Part shown: positions 39,539-49,040 of the stretch, one piece after another
How positions within the stretch are numbered: position 1 is the first letter of the stretch
Layout: every line of letters begins with the position of its first letter
Origin: an uncultured Candidatus Binatia bacterium
GTDB lineage: Bacteria; Desulfobacterota; Binatia; UBA9968; JAJDTQ01
NCBI GenBank assembly: GCA_965242525.1
Contig: OZ251459.1
Coordinates: forward strand, 1,152,001-1,216,000
DNA length: 64,000 nucleotides
Reading direction: 5' to 3'
Notes under the pieces: generated by a model
What the model was told of the DNA's origin: nothing
The model's database searches: none
The model's input: only the letters and a program-made list of their open reading frames with translations
Program-made: the position numbers and the translations under genes

Positions 39539-39886
39539 ATGCACAAGAAACAACATCGTCCCGACTGGGAGAACACCTGCAACTACTGCCTCTACCTCCA
39601 GTACGCGCCGCGCAGCGCGCGCTCCGGCAACTGCACGCTCCACCGCCAGTGGATCCAGCGGTCCTCCTTCACCACCTGCAGCGACATGAGCGTGCAGCCC
39701 CTGGACGAAGGCATCTACACGCTCACCGCGGCCGCCTACGGCGGCTGGGTCCACCAGCGCCGCCACAAGCGCGTCCGCACCCGTCTGTTCCTGCTGGAGG
39801 GCGGGGCGGCGGACCGCCGCCCCGAAGACCGGAAGAAGGACGACGTCGCCAGGCGCGCCTCGTTCCGAGACAAATACAAAAGTTGA
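39539..39886 (+). CDS. Small hypothetical protein with Cx2C-x14-C-x14-C motif
   Basis: CNYC...GNCTLH...TTC; GC-rich third positions. Confidence 0.65.
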   Translation: MHKKQHRPDWENTCNYCLYLQYAPRSARSGNCTLHRQWIQRSSFTTCSDMSVQPLDEGIYTLTAAAYGGWVHQRRHKRVRTRLFLLEGGAADRRPEDRKKDDVARRASFRDKYKS

Positions 39887-39908
39887 CATAATATACATTA
39901 TCAGACAT
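39881..39908 (-). other. dif: dif site (XerC/XerD chromosome dimer resolution)
   Basis: Minus strand ATGTCTGATAA-TGTATA-TTATGTCAACT versus E. coli GGTGCGCATAA-TGTATA-TTATGTTAAAT; AT-rich patch where gene orientation converges. Confidence 0.88.
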
Positions 39909-40068
39909 TGGGTTGATACGGCGATTTGCGGCTCCAGCGGCCCCGGACCGGGACCTCGGAGCATGAACCGCGGACGAAGCGGCTCCTTCCGCCAGGATAC
40001 GCGGCGCCGCCCCATGCTGCGCGGGGCTGCTCCGAGGCCGGAGATGCGGCCTGCGAGCCGGTTGCGCG

Positions 40069-40165
40069 CGTCCTTCGACTCCGCTTCGCTACGCTCAGGA
40101 CGAACGGGATAGTTCAGGTTTTCGGGAGATAGTTCAGAGCTGCGGGGGGGTTGTTCAGGGTTTTG
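40069..40165. repeat. REP-like core plus three decayed right-TIR-like fragments
   Basis: Core differs from the 23619-23657 copy by 1 nt, followed by ATAGTTCAGG, ATAGTTCAGAG and TTGTTCAGGG. Confidence 0.75.
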
Positions 40166-40186
40166 GAGTGTGACGCCGCCGACGTG

Positions 40187-40873
40187 CTACGGGGCGGCGT
40201 CCTTGCCGGACAGGCCTTCCAGCTTCTGCATCCGCAGGGCGATCTCGACGGTTTCGCCTTCCGGAAATTCCTTGAGGTATGCGCCATAGGCGGCCAACGC
40301 CTCCTGCGGCTTGCCCAGGCGCATGGCGCAACGGGCCTTGCCGAGCATGGCTTCCTGCCGCAACGGTCCCTGGTGGTCGAGAGCCAGGCTCAGGGACCGG
40401 ACCGCGTCTTCGCAGGAGCCGTTCATCTCCTGGGCCAGACCGAGGGCCACGAGCCTGACTTGGCCCAGGAACCCGCTGCCGGTGTTTCCAGGGCCGGATT
40501 GCAGGGCCGCCACCGCTTCCGCGGGCCGATCCAGGGCCATGTGGCTGTTGGCGAGGTAGAGGTCGGCGAGGGCGTCGTACGGCGGCTCGCCCCGGGCCCG
40601 GAGGCCCTCGAAGGATTCCAGGGCGGCTTCGTACCGCCCTTCCCGATATTCCCGAAGCGCTTTGTCGTAGTCCCGAGCCGCCAAGTCCCGCCGGTAGCCG
40701 CGGTAGTACTGCCAACCCGAGAACGCAGCCGCTGCCACCACTGCCGCGACCGCGACCGCGGTCAATTGCGTTCGGTAAGCCAGGAGCCGGTCCAGGCACT
40801 GCCGGACCAGCAACATGAAACGGTCCGGCTGCCGGAACTCCTTGCGCAGGATGCGTCTTCTCCCCGCGGCCAT
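40187..40873 (-). CDS. YfgM-like membrane-anchored TPR protein
   Basis: Basic N-terminus, single TM, TPR-like helical repeats, Y..YL..FP ending. Confidence 0.75.
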   Translation of the reverse strand: MAAGRRRILRKEFRQPDRFMLLVRQCLDRLLAYRTQLTAVAVAAVVAAAAFSGWQYYRGYRRDLAARDYDKALREYREGRYEAALESFEGLRARGEPPYDALADLYLANSHMALDRPAEAVAALQSGPGNTGSGFLGQVRLVALGLAQEMNGSCEDAVRSLSLALDHQGPLRQEAMLGKARCAMRLGKPQEALAAYGAYLKEFPEGETVEIALRMQKLEGLSGKDAAP

Positions 40874-40903
40874 GGATGCGGTTTCTCCGTTCCTTCCCTG
40901 CAC

Positions 40904-41422
40904 TTACATCTTGTACTTGAAGTCGTCGGGCGACATCTTGTCCAGGATCTCGCCCCACTTCTCCTTGGACACGTTGGCGAAGTCCGGATCCTTCCCCTCT
41001 TCCGTCTGTTGCAGGACGCTCGACTGCTCCAGCACCTCCTTGGCCACGTAGATGGGCGTCTTGCTGCGCAGCGCCATGGCGATGGCGTCGCTCGGACGCG
41101 AGTCCATGGCCACCTCCCGGTCGCCCACCTCCAGGGTGATGACCGCGTAGTAGGTGTTCTCCTTCAACTCGGTGATGGCCACCCTCTTCACCGTGCCGCC
41201 GAGTTCCGACAGCACGTTCTTGAAGAGGTCATGGGTCATGGGGCGCGCCATCCGGATGCCTTCCAGCTCCGTGGCCATGGCCGTGGCCTCCAGCAGCCCG
41301 ATCCAGATGGGTAGCTGGAGCTTGTTCTCGGAGTCCTTCAGGACCACGATGGGGGTCCGGGTCACCTGGTCGAGAGTCAGTCCCGCCACGGTCATCTCAA
41401 TAGCGTCAGGACCCTTCATCAC
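40904..41422 (-). CDS. Bifunctional nuclease (DUF151) family protein
   Basis: LPIWIG..EA, RPMTHDL, DSRPSDAIA.A. Confidence 0.9.
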   Translation of the reverse strand: MMKGPDAIEMTVAGLTLDQVTRTPIVVLKDSENKLQLPIWIGLLEATAMATELEGIRMARPMTHDLFKNVLSELGGTVKRVAITELKENTYYAVITLEVGDREVAMDSRPSDAIAMALRSKTPIYVAKEVLEQSSVLQQTEEGKDPDFANVSKEKWGEILDKMSPDDFKYKM

Positions 41423-42753
41423 ATGATCTCCCTTGCTTCCGTCGCCTCCCCCACCAGCGAGTTGGGCGTAGCGTCCACCACGCGCACCCGGGCCATGTCC
41501 CCGGGCGCGGTGGAACCGCGGGGGGCGAAATTGACGATCCGGTTGGTCCTCGTGCGGCCCATGAGCTGGCGCCTGCCCAGCCGGGACGGCCCTTCCACCA
41601 GGACCTCCTGCTCCGTGCCGACCAGGCGCCGGTTCTTCTCCAGGGCTATCCCCTGCTGCAACTCCTGCAACCTCCGATGGCGGCGCTCCTTGACCTCGTC
41701 CGGGACGTCGTCGTCATGGATCCTGGCCGCCACGGTGCGGGGGCGCGGCGAGTAGGTGAACAGGAACATGTCGTCGTACTCGACCTCCCGGACCGCGGCC
41801 AGCGTCTCCTCGAACTCCGCCTCGGTCTCGCCCGGGAACCCCACGATCATGTCCGTGGAGACGGCAACCTCCGGCCTGCGCTTGCGCAACCCTTCGATCC
41901 GGTCCCGGTATTCGCTCAGCCGGTAGCCCCGGCGCATGCGCGCCAACACCGAGTCGGAGCCGGATTGCAGCGGCAGATGGAGATGCTCGCACAGGTTCTC
42001 CAACCGGACGAAGGCTTCCACCAGCTCCTGCGACAGGTCCTGGGGATGCGAGGTGGTGAAGCGGATCCGCCGGATTCCGGGAACCCGGTTGACGCGCTCC
42101 AGCAACTCCGGGAACGACACCTCCCCTTCCACGGTCCGGCCGTAGGAGTTGACGTTCTGGCCCAGGAGCATCACCTCCTTGACGCCCCGGGCCGCGAGCT
42201 CCTCCACGTCTCGAACGACGTTGGCGCTCGGCCGGCTCACCTCGCGACCGCGCACCCGGGGGACGATGCAGAAGCTGCACACCTTGTCGCACCCCTGCAT
42301 GATGGTGACCCGGGCCCTGGCGCCGTCGGTCTCGGGCATCCCCGAGGGGTCCTCCAGGTAGAAGGGGTCGCGGTAGAAGGCGGTTTCCACCGAACGGCGA
42401 GCGGCCTCCCGGGCGTCTGCGACCATCTGCGGCAGCTTGTGCATGTTGTGGGTGCCCAGGACCAGGTCCAGGTGCGGCGCGCGCCGCAGCAACGCCTCCC
42501 CTTCCTGCTGCGCGACGCAGCCGCTCACCCCCAGGACGACGCCCTTCTCTTCCTTCAGCCTGCGCCACCGGCCCAGAGCGCTATAGACCTTCTGCTCGGC
42601 CTTGTCCCGCACGCTGCACGTGTTCAGGATGATGAGGTCGGCGTCCTCGGCGCGGTGGGTGGGCTCGTAGTCCTCGGACTTCATGAGCTGCACGATCCTG
42701 GCCGAGTCGAGCTGGTTCATCTGGCAGCCATAGGTCTGGACGTAGAGCTTCAT
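41419..42753 (-). CDS. miaB: tRNA-2-methylthio-N6-dimethylallyladenosine synthase
   Basis: TYGCQMN..DS, NTCSVR.KAE.K, GCVAQQEG, CDKVCSFC radical SAM motif, LLGQNVNSY, TRAM domain. Confidence 0.95.
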   Translation of the reverse strand: MKLYVQTYGCQMNQLDSARIVQLMKSEDYEPTHRAEDADLIILNTCSVRDKAEQKVYSALGRWRRLKEEKGVVLGVSGCVAQQEGEALLRRAPHLDLVLGTHNMHKLPQMVADAREAARRSVETAFYRDPFYLEDPSGMPETDGARARVTIMQGCDKVCSFCIVPRVRGREVSRPSANVVRDVEELAARGVKEVMLLGQNVNSYGRTVEGEVSFPELLERVNRVPGIRRIRFTTSHPQDLSQELVEAFVRLENLCEHLHLPLQSGSDSVLARMRRGYRLSEYRDRIEGLRKRRPEVAVSTDMIVGFPGETEAEFEETLAAVREVEYDDMFLFTYSPRPRTVAARIHDDDVPDEVKERRHRRLQELQQGIALEKNRRLVGTEQEVLVEGPSRLGRRQLMGRTRTNRIVNFAPRGSTAPGDMARVRVVDATPNSLVGEATEAREIM

Positions 42754-42888
42754 CGGGCGAGCCGTTCCGCGAAGCGACGCCGCACGTTGCGGCGCGACGC
42801 TTTCCATGCAACCACAGTATCCCACATATCCGGGTGTTTCGCTATCGCCTGTTGCCCCCTCCTTCGGGAAGCGTGACTTTTCGTTACC

Positions 42889-42922
42889 CAACTGACGAAA
42901 AGTCTTGACTTTTCATCAGTTG
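42889..42922. promoter_or_regulatory. AT-rich 16 bp inverted repeat upstream of miaB
   Basis: CAACTGACGAAAAGTC-TT-GACTTTTCATCAGTTG, 15/16 match. Confidence 0.55.
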
Positions 42923-42969
42923 CCTGAAAAATAGTCGGCCGTATCCCCGTTCGCCAAACACGAACTTCA

Positions 42970-43101
42970 GGAATCTCTGAACAATCGGGACAGGAAGCAT
43001 GAACACGTCCTTCGACTCCGCTTCGCTACGCTCAGTATGAACGGGGATAGGGGTCAGGGTGAGGGAATCCATGCTCCATGTCTCGATTGTTCAGATGTTC
43101 C
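42970..43101. mobile_element. 132 bp MITE, same family as 23569-23678
   Basis: TIRs GGAATCTCTGAACAATCG / GGAACATCTGAACAATCG, TTCA duplicated on both sides, same core. Confidence 0.85.
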
Positions 43102-43151
43102 TTCAAGCGGTTCCTCGCCGCGGAAACTGGAGGACCGCGTTGGCGCCCGGG

Positions 43152-43808
43152 TCAACGGGAAGCGTATTCGGAAAGGAGGCTGTCGCAGGACGAGAAGTCG
43201 GTGAGGGTGCGCAGGCAGGCGAAGGTCTCGAAGTCCAGGGGCAGCCTCCGGTCACGCCAGAGCAGCAGCGCGTCCTCGGGGACCTGCCAGGCGAACCCCG
43301 GGGCGCGGACGCGCTCGGGGACCCGGACGAGGAAGAAAACCGTGGTAACGCCGGAAACCGGGTCCAGCCACCTGCAGAACAGGAGCAGGCGGCTCAGGTC
43401 CCGTTGCAGGTCCCGCCGGGCGACGAACCCCGCAAGACCGGCAGCGTCGCCGATGGCCCGCCGCTCCCGGACGGGCACCGTCCTCGAGACGGGAACGCGC
43501 TCGGCGCCCTCCACCGCAAGGAGGACCCCGGTGGCGGCGAGCAGAACCCTGGCTCCCGCGGCCCAGAAACCCAGGGCGCGAGCCGGCGCCATGCCGCGGC
43601 CCAGGCGCCGTTGCGCTTCGCCGCCCGTCAGTCCGCGGCAGCGCTCCAGCACCGAAGCGGAGCGGTCCTCCTCCTCCACACGGCCCTCGGGAAGGAACCC
43701 GCCGCCCTCTTCCGCGTCGGCTGCGACCGCGTCCGACCGCAGCAGCGCCTGGATGCCGAAGCGGCGGCTGTCCCGCACGCACACCAGCGCCGCCCGGTCG
43801 CCGGTCAC
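43152..43808 (-). CDS. Degenerate NUDIX-fold-like protein
   Basis: GTG start overlapping the hom stop with RBS GGGAGG; pattern A.LV.VRD...LPEGRVE..D...AA..R....TGVLLA...F.RW..P...T.FFL recalls Nudt19-like hydrolases. Confidence 0.5.
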   Translation of the reverse strand: MTGDRAALVCVRDSRRFGIQALLRSDAVAADAEEGGGFLPEGRVEEEDRSASVLERCRGLTGGEAQRRLGRGMAPARALGFWAAGARVLLAATGVLLAVEGAERVPVSRTVPVRERRAIGDAAGLAGFVARRDLQRDLSRLLLFCRWLDPVSGVTTVFFLVRVPERVRAPGFAWQVPEDALLLWRDRRLPLDFETFACLRTLTDFSSCDSLLSEYASR

Positions 43809-45190
43809 CCCTCCCATATGGGCAGCCACAGGGGTTCGGTCAGCACGAACTCCTTTTGCACGATCCGTTCCAGGGCCTGCCGCAACTGGCCCATGCGCGC
43901 CTCTTCCAGCGTGATCACGAAGGGAAGGATCTCGTGGGGGCCGGCGTCGTTCCCCGGCGCCGCCGGGCAAAGGCCTTGCAGCTCTTCCCCGGTGTGCGGG
44001 AGTTGCCAGATCTCGGAGACGTTGATTCCCTCCTCGCCGAAGATCCGGCACAACTCGCCGACGATGCCGCTCTCGTCCCGCACCACGAAGCGCACGTAGA
44101 AGCGGGCCCTCAGGTCGTCTTCCGCCCGGACCGAGCGCACGTCGGAGACGATGCTTTCCACCGGCAGGAAGGGCTCGGCCCCGGAGCGGGTCACGAGCTC
44201 GTGGACGTCCCCCAGGACGGCCACCGCGGTGGCCCCTCCCCCGGCCCCCGGGCCCGCGAAGACGTAGTCCCAGTCGCCTCCCTCGGGGGAGCCCCCGTCG
44301 CTGACCTCGCCCTTGAAGAAGACCGCGTTGGTGACCCCGCGGATGTGCGCGAGGAAATGGCTCCCGGGCACCACCATCGGGGTCACCATGGCCTCCAGGA
44401 CGCCGCCGACGCTCCGGGCCAGGGCTACCGACTTGATGGTGCTGTGGCCCTTCCGCGCCGCGTAGAGGAAGTCGATGGCGTGGATGCCCTCGATGCCCTT
44501 GCGGTGGACCGCGCCGACCTCCAGCCGCGCGCCGAAGGTGATGGACGACAGCAGCAGCAGTTTGGCTTCGGCGTCGCGGCCGCTCACGTCCGCGTCGGGG
44601 TCGGCCTCGGCGTAACCCAGGGCCTGGGCCGACGCCAGGGCGTCGCCGTAGGACCTGCCCCGTTGCGCCATCTCCGTCAGTATGTAGTTGCAGGTGCCGT
44701 TGACCAAGCCATAGACGGCCGCGGGCCGCTCGGCGCTGAGCCTCTGGGTCAGCGGGCCGATGACGGGGATGCCGCCGCCCACGCAGGCCTCGAAGCGGAC
44801 GGCTTGGCCGCATTCCCGGGCCGCGGTCCAGATATCCTCCCCGTGGGCCACCAGCAGCGCCTTGTTGGCGGTGACCACCGGCTTGCCGTGGCGCAGGGCT
44901 TCCACCACCCAGTCCTTCTGGGCGCGCAGGTCCTCGGGACCGCCGGCCCCCAGCACCTCCACCACGATGTCCGCGTCCGGGCGGCGGACCACTTCCATGG
45001 GGTCCGCGGTGAAGAGATCCGGCGAGGCCCGATGCCTCTCCTTTCCCTCGGGGGTCCGGGTGAACACCTTGACCACCCGGGCCTCGATGCCGAAACGCGC
45101 CAAGTGGCCGTCCACGATCAGGTCGTGGACCGCGGCGCCGACTGTACCGGCGCCGAGTATGCCGATGCGGACCGGGGACGCCATGGCCAC
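43805..45190 (-). CDS. hom: Homoserine dehydrogenase with ACT domain
   Basis: GAGTVG, VVTANK, FEACVGGGIP, NGTCNYIL, GYAEADP, GPGAGG..TA. Confidence 0.95.
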   Translation of the reverse strand: MAMASPVRIGILGAGTVGAAVHDLIVDGHLARFGIEARVVKVFTRTPEGKERHRASPDLFTADPMEVVRRPDADIVVEVLGAGGPEDLRAQKDWVVEALRHGKPVVTANKALLVAHGEDIWTAARECGQAVRFEACVGGGIPVIGPLTQRLSAERPAAVYGLVNGTCNYILTEMAQRGRSYGDALASAQALGYAEADPDADVSGRDAEAKLLLLSSITFGARLEVGAVHRKGIEGIHAIDFLYAARKGHSTIKSVALARSVGGVLEAMVTPMVVPGSHFLAHIRGVTNAVFFKGEVSDGGSPEGGDWDYVFAGPGAGGGATAVAVLGDVHELVTRSGAEPFLPVESIVSDVRSVRAEDDLRARFYVRFVVRDESGIVGELCRIFGEEGINVSEIWQLPHTGEELQGLCPAAPGNDAGPHEILPFVITLEEARMGQLRQALERIVQKEFVLTEPLWLPIWEG

Positions 45191-45191
45191 G

Positions 45192-46370
45192 CTATTCCGG
45201 GAGCGCGCCCATGACCTTGCGGATGGTCCGCACCGCCTGCCGGGTACGGTGCTCGTTCTCGATCAGGGCGAAGCGGACGTGCTGGTCGCCGTACTGGCCG
45301 AAGCCGATGCCGGGGGACACCGCCACCTTGGCCTCGTTGAGCAGGAACTTGGAGAACTCCACCGAGCCCATGGAGCGGTAGGGCGCCGGGATCTCGGCCC
45401 AGACGAACATGGTGGCGCGGGGCTTGCGGATCATCCAGTTGACCCGGGAGAGGCCCTCCACCAGCACGTCCCGCCGGCTGCGGTAGGTCTCGCAGATGTC
45501 CCGCACCGGGTCGTCCGGGCCGTTCAGGGCGTGGATGGCCGCGATCTGCACCGGCTGGAAGATGCCGTAGTCCAGGTAGCTCTTCATGCGCGCCAGGGCG
45601 TGGATCATGGTGGCGTTGCCCACCGCGAACCCTACCCGCCAACCCGGCATGCTGTAGCTCTTGGACATGGTGAAGAACTCCACCCCCACGTCCTTGGCCC
45701 CCGGCGCCTGGAGGAAGCTGGGAGGCCGGTAGCCGTCGAACGTCAGGTCGGCGTAGGCCAGGTCGTGGATCACCAGGATATCATGGGCCTTGGCGAAGCT
45801 CACGATGCGCTCGAAGAAATCCAGGTCCACCACCTCGGTGGTGGGGTTGTGGGGGAAGTTCAGGATCAGGAGCTTGGGCCGGGGCCACGTCTGCTTGATG
45901 GCCTCCTCCAGGTGCGTCAGGAACCCCTCGCTGGAGACCAGCGGGATGCTGCGCAGGTCGCCCCCGGCGATGACCACCGAATACTGGTGGATGGGATAGG
46001 TGGGGCTCGGACACAGGACCACGTCCCCGGCATCGATCATGGCCAGCACCAGGTGCGCCAGCCCTTCCTTGGAGCCGATGGTGACGATGGCCTCGTCGTC
46101 CGGGTCGATGGCCACCCCGTACCGCCGCCGGTACCAGTCGGCGATGGCCACCCGCAGCTTGTAGATGCCCCGGGAGACCGAGTACCGATGGTTCTGGGGC
46201 TTCTGCACCGCCTCCAGCAGCTTGTCCACCACGGGCGCCGGCGTCGGCATGTCGGGGTTGCCCATGCCGAAATCGACGATGTCCTCTCCCCTTCTCCGGG
46301 CTTCCTGCTTCAAGTCGTTGATGATGTTGAAGACGTAGGGCGGAAGTCTCTTGATCCGGTTGAACTCCAC
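45192..46370 (-). CDS. alaC: Class I/II PLP aminotransferase, AlaC-like
   Basis: [50 protein letters not shown]; adjacent to hom. Confidence 0.85.
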   Translation of the reverse strand: MEFNRIKRLPPYVFNIINDLKQEARRRGEDIVDFGMGNPDMPTPAPVVDKLLEAVQKPQNHRYSVSRGIYKLRVAIADWYRRRYGVAIDPDDEAIVTIGSKEGLAHLVLAMIDAGDVVLCPSPTYPIHQYSVVIAGGDLRSIPLVSSEGFLTHLEEAIKQTWPRPKLLILNFPHNPTTEVVDLDFFERIVSFAKAHDILVIHDLAYADLTFDGYRPPSFLQAPGAKDVGVEFFTMSKSYSMPGWRVGFAVGNATMIHALARMKSYLDYGIFQPVQIAAIHALNGPDDPVRDICETYRSRRDVLVEGLSRVNWMIRKPRATMFVWAEIPAPYRSMGSVEFSKFLLNEAKVAVSPGIGFGQYGDQHVRFALIENEHRTRQAVRTIRKVMGALPE

Positions 46371-46781
46371 TGTCGATACCTCTCGTCCCTTCCGGCCCGG
46401 CGTGTCCGCGGGGGGCGTGGGTCGCAGGCTTGCGGGCCGCGGCGTTCCCCTCTCGCCATCGGCGACAGACAGGATGGTTGACTATAAGCCATCGGCCCCG
46501 CCGGTGCAAATCCCGGGCAATTTTTCTCTTGACATCAAACTGAACTGCGGGCTACAAGATCGACGCCTGGGACGAGCCATCGACCATTACCCTCATAAAG
46601 CACATCACCGACGAGTTCGGCGCAATCGTGCCCGCCGACGAAACCCTTTCGGTTCGCCATGTCGCCATGATTGCAGCCTGCCTGCTCAGCGACCCCACCG
46701 GCCGTATATGCGGCAAAACCATCGACCTCGGTCGAAACGCGTAAAGTAACCCCGGTCAAGCCGGAGTGTGAGGCTATAACC

Positions 46782-48707
46782 ATGAAACACGTTGCTGCTT
46801 TCTTGCTCTTGATCTTGTGTGCCACAGCCTTTCAGAAGAGCGCTGAGGCGGAAACTGCTGCTACCCATCCGTCTCTTCGCGAGGCGGATCTGCCGCCATT
46901 GATCCAAGCAAAGGAATTCTACACGGGTCATCACAACAGTTACGGACACCAGCTTTCTCCCGACGGGGAGAGGCTTGCCTGGTTTGAAAGGGTCAAGGGC
47001 AAGCACAAACTCCGTGTTCGGGTGCTCAAAAACGGTCATGCGGTCACAATGAATCATCCCACAGCGGTGTTGCAGTTCCACTGGGCTCTCGATAGCAGGC
47101 ACCTGCTATTGTTTGCGATCCGACGACTAGCCCTCCACTTGTTCCTCTCCGATACGGATTCGCCTCAAAGGCAACCCCGCGACCTCATGCCATTCGAAAA
47201 AGTAAATGTCAAATCCATTATCACTCTTCCAGCCAAACCTGATTTGATTTTAGTCCAATCGGATCTGCGCACACGCAACACCTTCGACCTGTATGAGATC
47301 GATCTGAAGACCGGCGTCTACAAGTTGCGGGCGACTGATCCCGGAAGTGTCTGGCGTTGGATCGTCAACGATAAGGGTCACATCCTGGGTCGGCTCCAAC
47401 GTGAGGTCGATGGCGGATGGAGGGTCCGAGCGCCCGCTGGGGCGGCTAGCTGGGCGACAGTGTTAACCGGCGAATTTGCGGACGCCATAAACATCTTCCA
47501 GAGCGCCCCCAATGGAACATCCAAGGTTTATATGCTAACCAGCGGGGAACAAGACAAACGTATTCTTATGACTCTGGACCTCAGCACAAGTGAACAGGAG
47601 GTGATCGCAGAGCGACCAGATGTAGATATTTCCAGTGTTTTTATGGACCCCATAACCTATAAACCTTTGGTGGTTCTGTATGACGACGGTCTTCCCCGCT
47701 ATCATTACTTCGACAGGAAGCTGCAAGAGGATATGGAGCAGATTCTGGGGCCGGAACCGATGCTCTATCATATTTCGAGCGGCAATCGAGACCATATGCG
47801 CCTTACGATCCAGACGGAAACGGATCGATCAGGAAAAACGATCTATATCATCGATCGACGATCCGGAACGAAGGAACTGCTGGAGGCCCATCCGCTTGAA
47901 GGATACGAGGAGATTCTGTCACCCACGCGTCCTATACGTTTCAAGGCGCGAGACGGCCTTTCAATCAGCGGTTACCTGACGATACCGGAAGGCACCGACG
48001 GCAAGCGCTTGCCCATGGTCCTCAAGGTCCACAGCGGTCCTTGGCTGCGAGATTATTGGAGGTTCGATACCGACACACAGTTTCTCGCCAACCGAGGCTA
48101 TGCCGTGCTTGAAGTAAACTTCAGAGGCTCCGGCGGCTTCGGCAAATCCTTCATGGAGAAAGGGTACAGGGAGCTGGGGGGCAAGATGCAGGATGACTTG
48201 ATTGATGCGATGGATTGGGCGGTTGCGGAGGGGTATGTGGACCCCGAGAAGGTCGCCATCTACGGCCACAGCTATGGTGGTTATGCGGCGCTCGTCGGAC
48301 TGACTAAGACACCCGGGAAGTTCGCCGCAGGCATCAGCGTAGCGGGTTTTTCCGATCTGGTCTCTCTGATGAGCGCCCTCCGTAGGAAATCGGCACGGTG
48401 GACCCACTTCGCTGCCGACCCTGACGATTCCGATGGACGCAGAGAGCTCATGGATCGATCTCCCATCACCCACGTCCACCGGGTCGAACGCCCCTTGTTG
48501 ATCGTCCACGGCACCAAGGACATAAGGGTTTCGAAGGAGCACTCGGACCGGTTCGTCGAGAAGCTCCGCGACAAGGACATCCCGGTTGAGTACTTGGTTT
48601 TCCGTGACGAGGGACACCGCATACGCAAGAGCAAGAACCGCATCGAGTTCGCAAGGTGGCTGGAGACCTTCCTCGCCGAACACCTGGGCGGGCGCGTGGG
48701 ACGGTAG
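46782..48707 (+). CDS. Secreted S9 family (prolyl oligopeptidase-like) peptidase
   Basis: Signal peptide, LANRGYAV...NFRGS.GFG, GHSYGG, D.RV, DEGH triad; visibly more AT-rich. Confidence 0.92.
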   Translation: MKHVAAFLLLILCATAFQKSAEAETAATHPSLREADLPPLIQAKEFYTGHHNSYGHQLSPDGERLAWFERVKGKHKLRVRVLKNGHAVTMNHPTAVLQFHWALDSRHLLLFAIRRLALHLFLSDTDSPQRQPRDLMPFEKVNVKSIITLPAKPDLILVQSDLRTRNTFDLYEIDLKTGVYKLRATDPGSVWRWIVNDKGHILGRLQREVDGGWRVRAPAGAASWATVLTGEFADAINIFQSAPNGTSKVYMLTSGEQDKRILMTLDLSTSEQEVIAERPDVDISSVFMDPITYKPLVVLYDDGLPRYHYFDRKLQEDMEQILGPEPMLYHISSGNRDHMRLTIQTETDRSGKTIYIIDRRSGTKELLEAHPLEGYEEILSPTRPIRFKARDGLSISGYLTIPEGTDGKRLPMVLKVHSGPWLRDYWRFDTDTQFLANRGYAVLEVNFRGSGGFGKSFMEKGYRELGGKMQDDLIDAMDWAVAEGYVDPEKVAIYGHSYGGYAALVGLTKTPGKFAAGISVAGFSDLVSLMSALRRKSARWTHFAADPDDSDGRRELMDRSPITHVHRVERPLLIVHGTKDIRVSKEHSDRFVEKLRDKDIPVEYLVFRDEGHRIRKSKNRIEFARWLETFLAEHLGGRVGR

Positions 48708-48741
48708 TGTGGAATGGGTGGTCTCTCGACCGAACGGAACG

Positions 48742-49020
48742 CTAGGGAAAGAACACCAGCTTGACCAGCAACGCCAGAATGGCCGGCACGGCGCTGAATA
48801 CCGCCATCTTCAGGGTAGTCAGGTCGTGCCTGAGCACGGTGAGGTCTCCCCGGAGCACGGTGAAGTCTCCCCGGAGCGCGGCGATGTCGTCCTTGAGCAA
48901 GGCAACATCGTCCTTGGTGGCGAGCCACTCGACCACCGGAATCGCTCCGGCCGCGGCCCTGGCCTTCTCCTCGGAGGTCCCGGCTTCGATCAGCGCGTCA
49001 TAGACTTCCGAAACGATCAT
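48742..49020 (-). CDS. Small coiled-coil protein with C-terminal TM (DUF1640/CCDC90-like), copy A
   Basis: YDAL.EAG..EE.A.A, LATK.D, heptads, hydrophobic tail. Confidence 0.75.
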   Translation of the reverse strand: MIVSEVYDALIEAGTSEEKARAAAGAIPVVEWLATKDDVALLKDDIAALRGDFTVLRGDLTVLRHDLTTLKMAVFSAVPAILALLVKLVFFP

Positions 49021-49040
49021 GCCATTACGTCCCCGGAACG

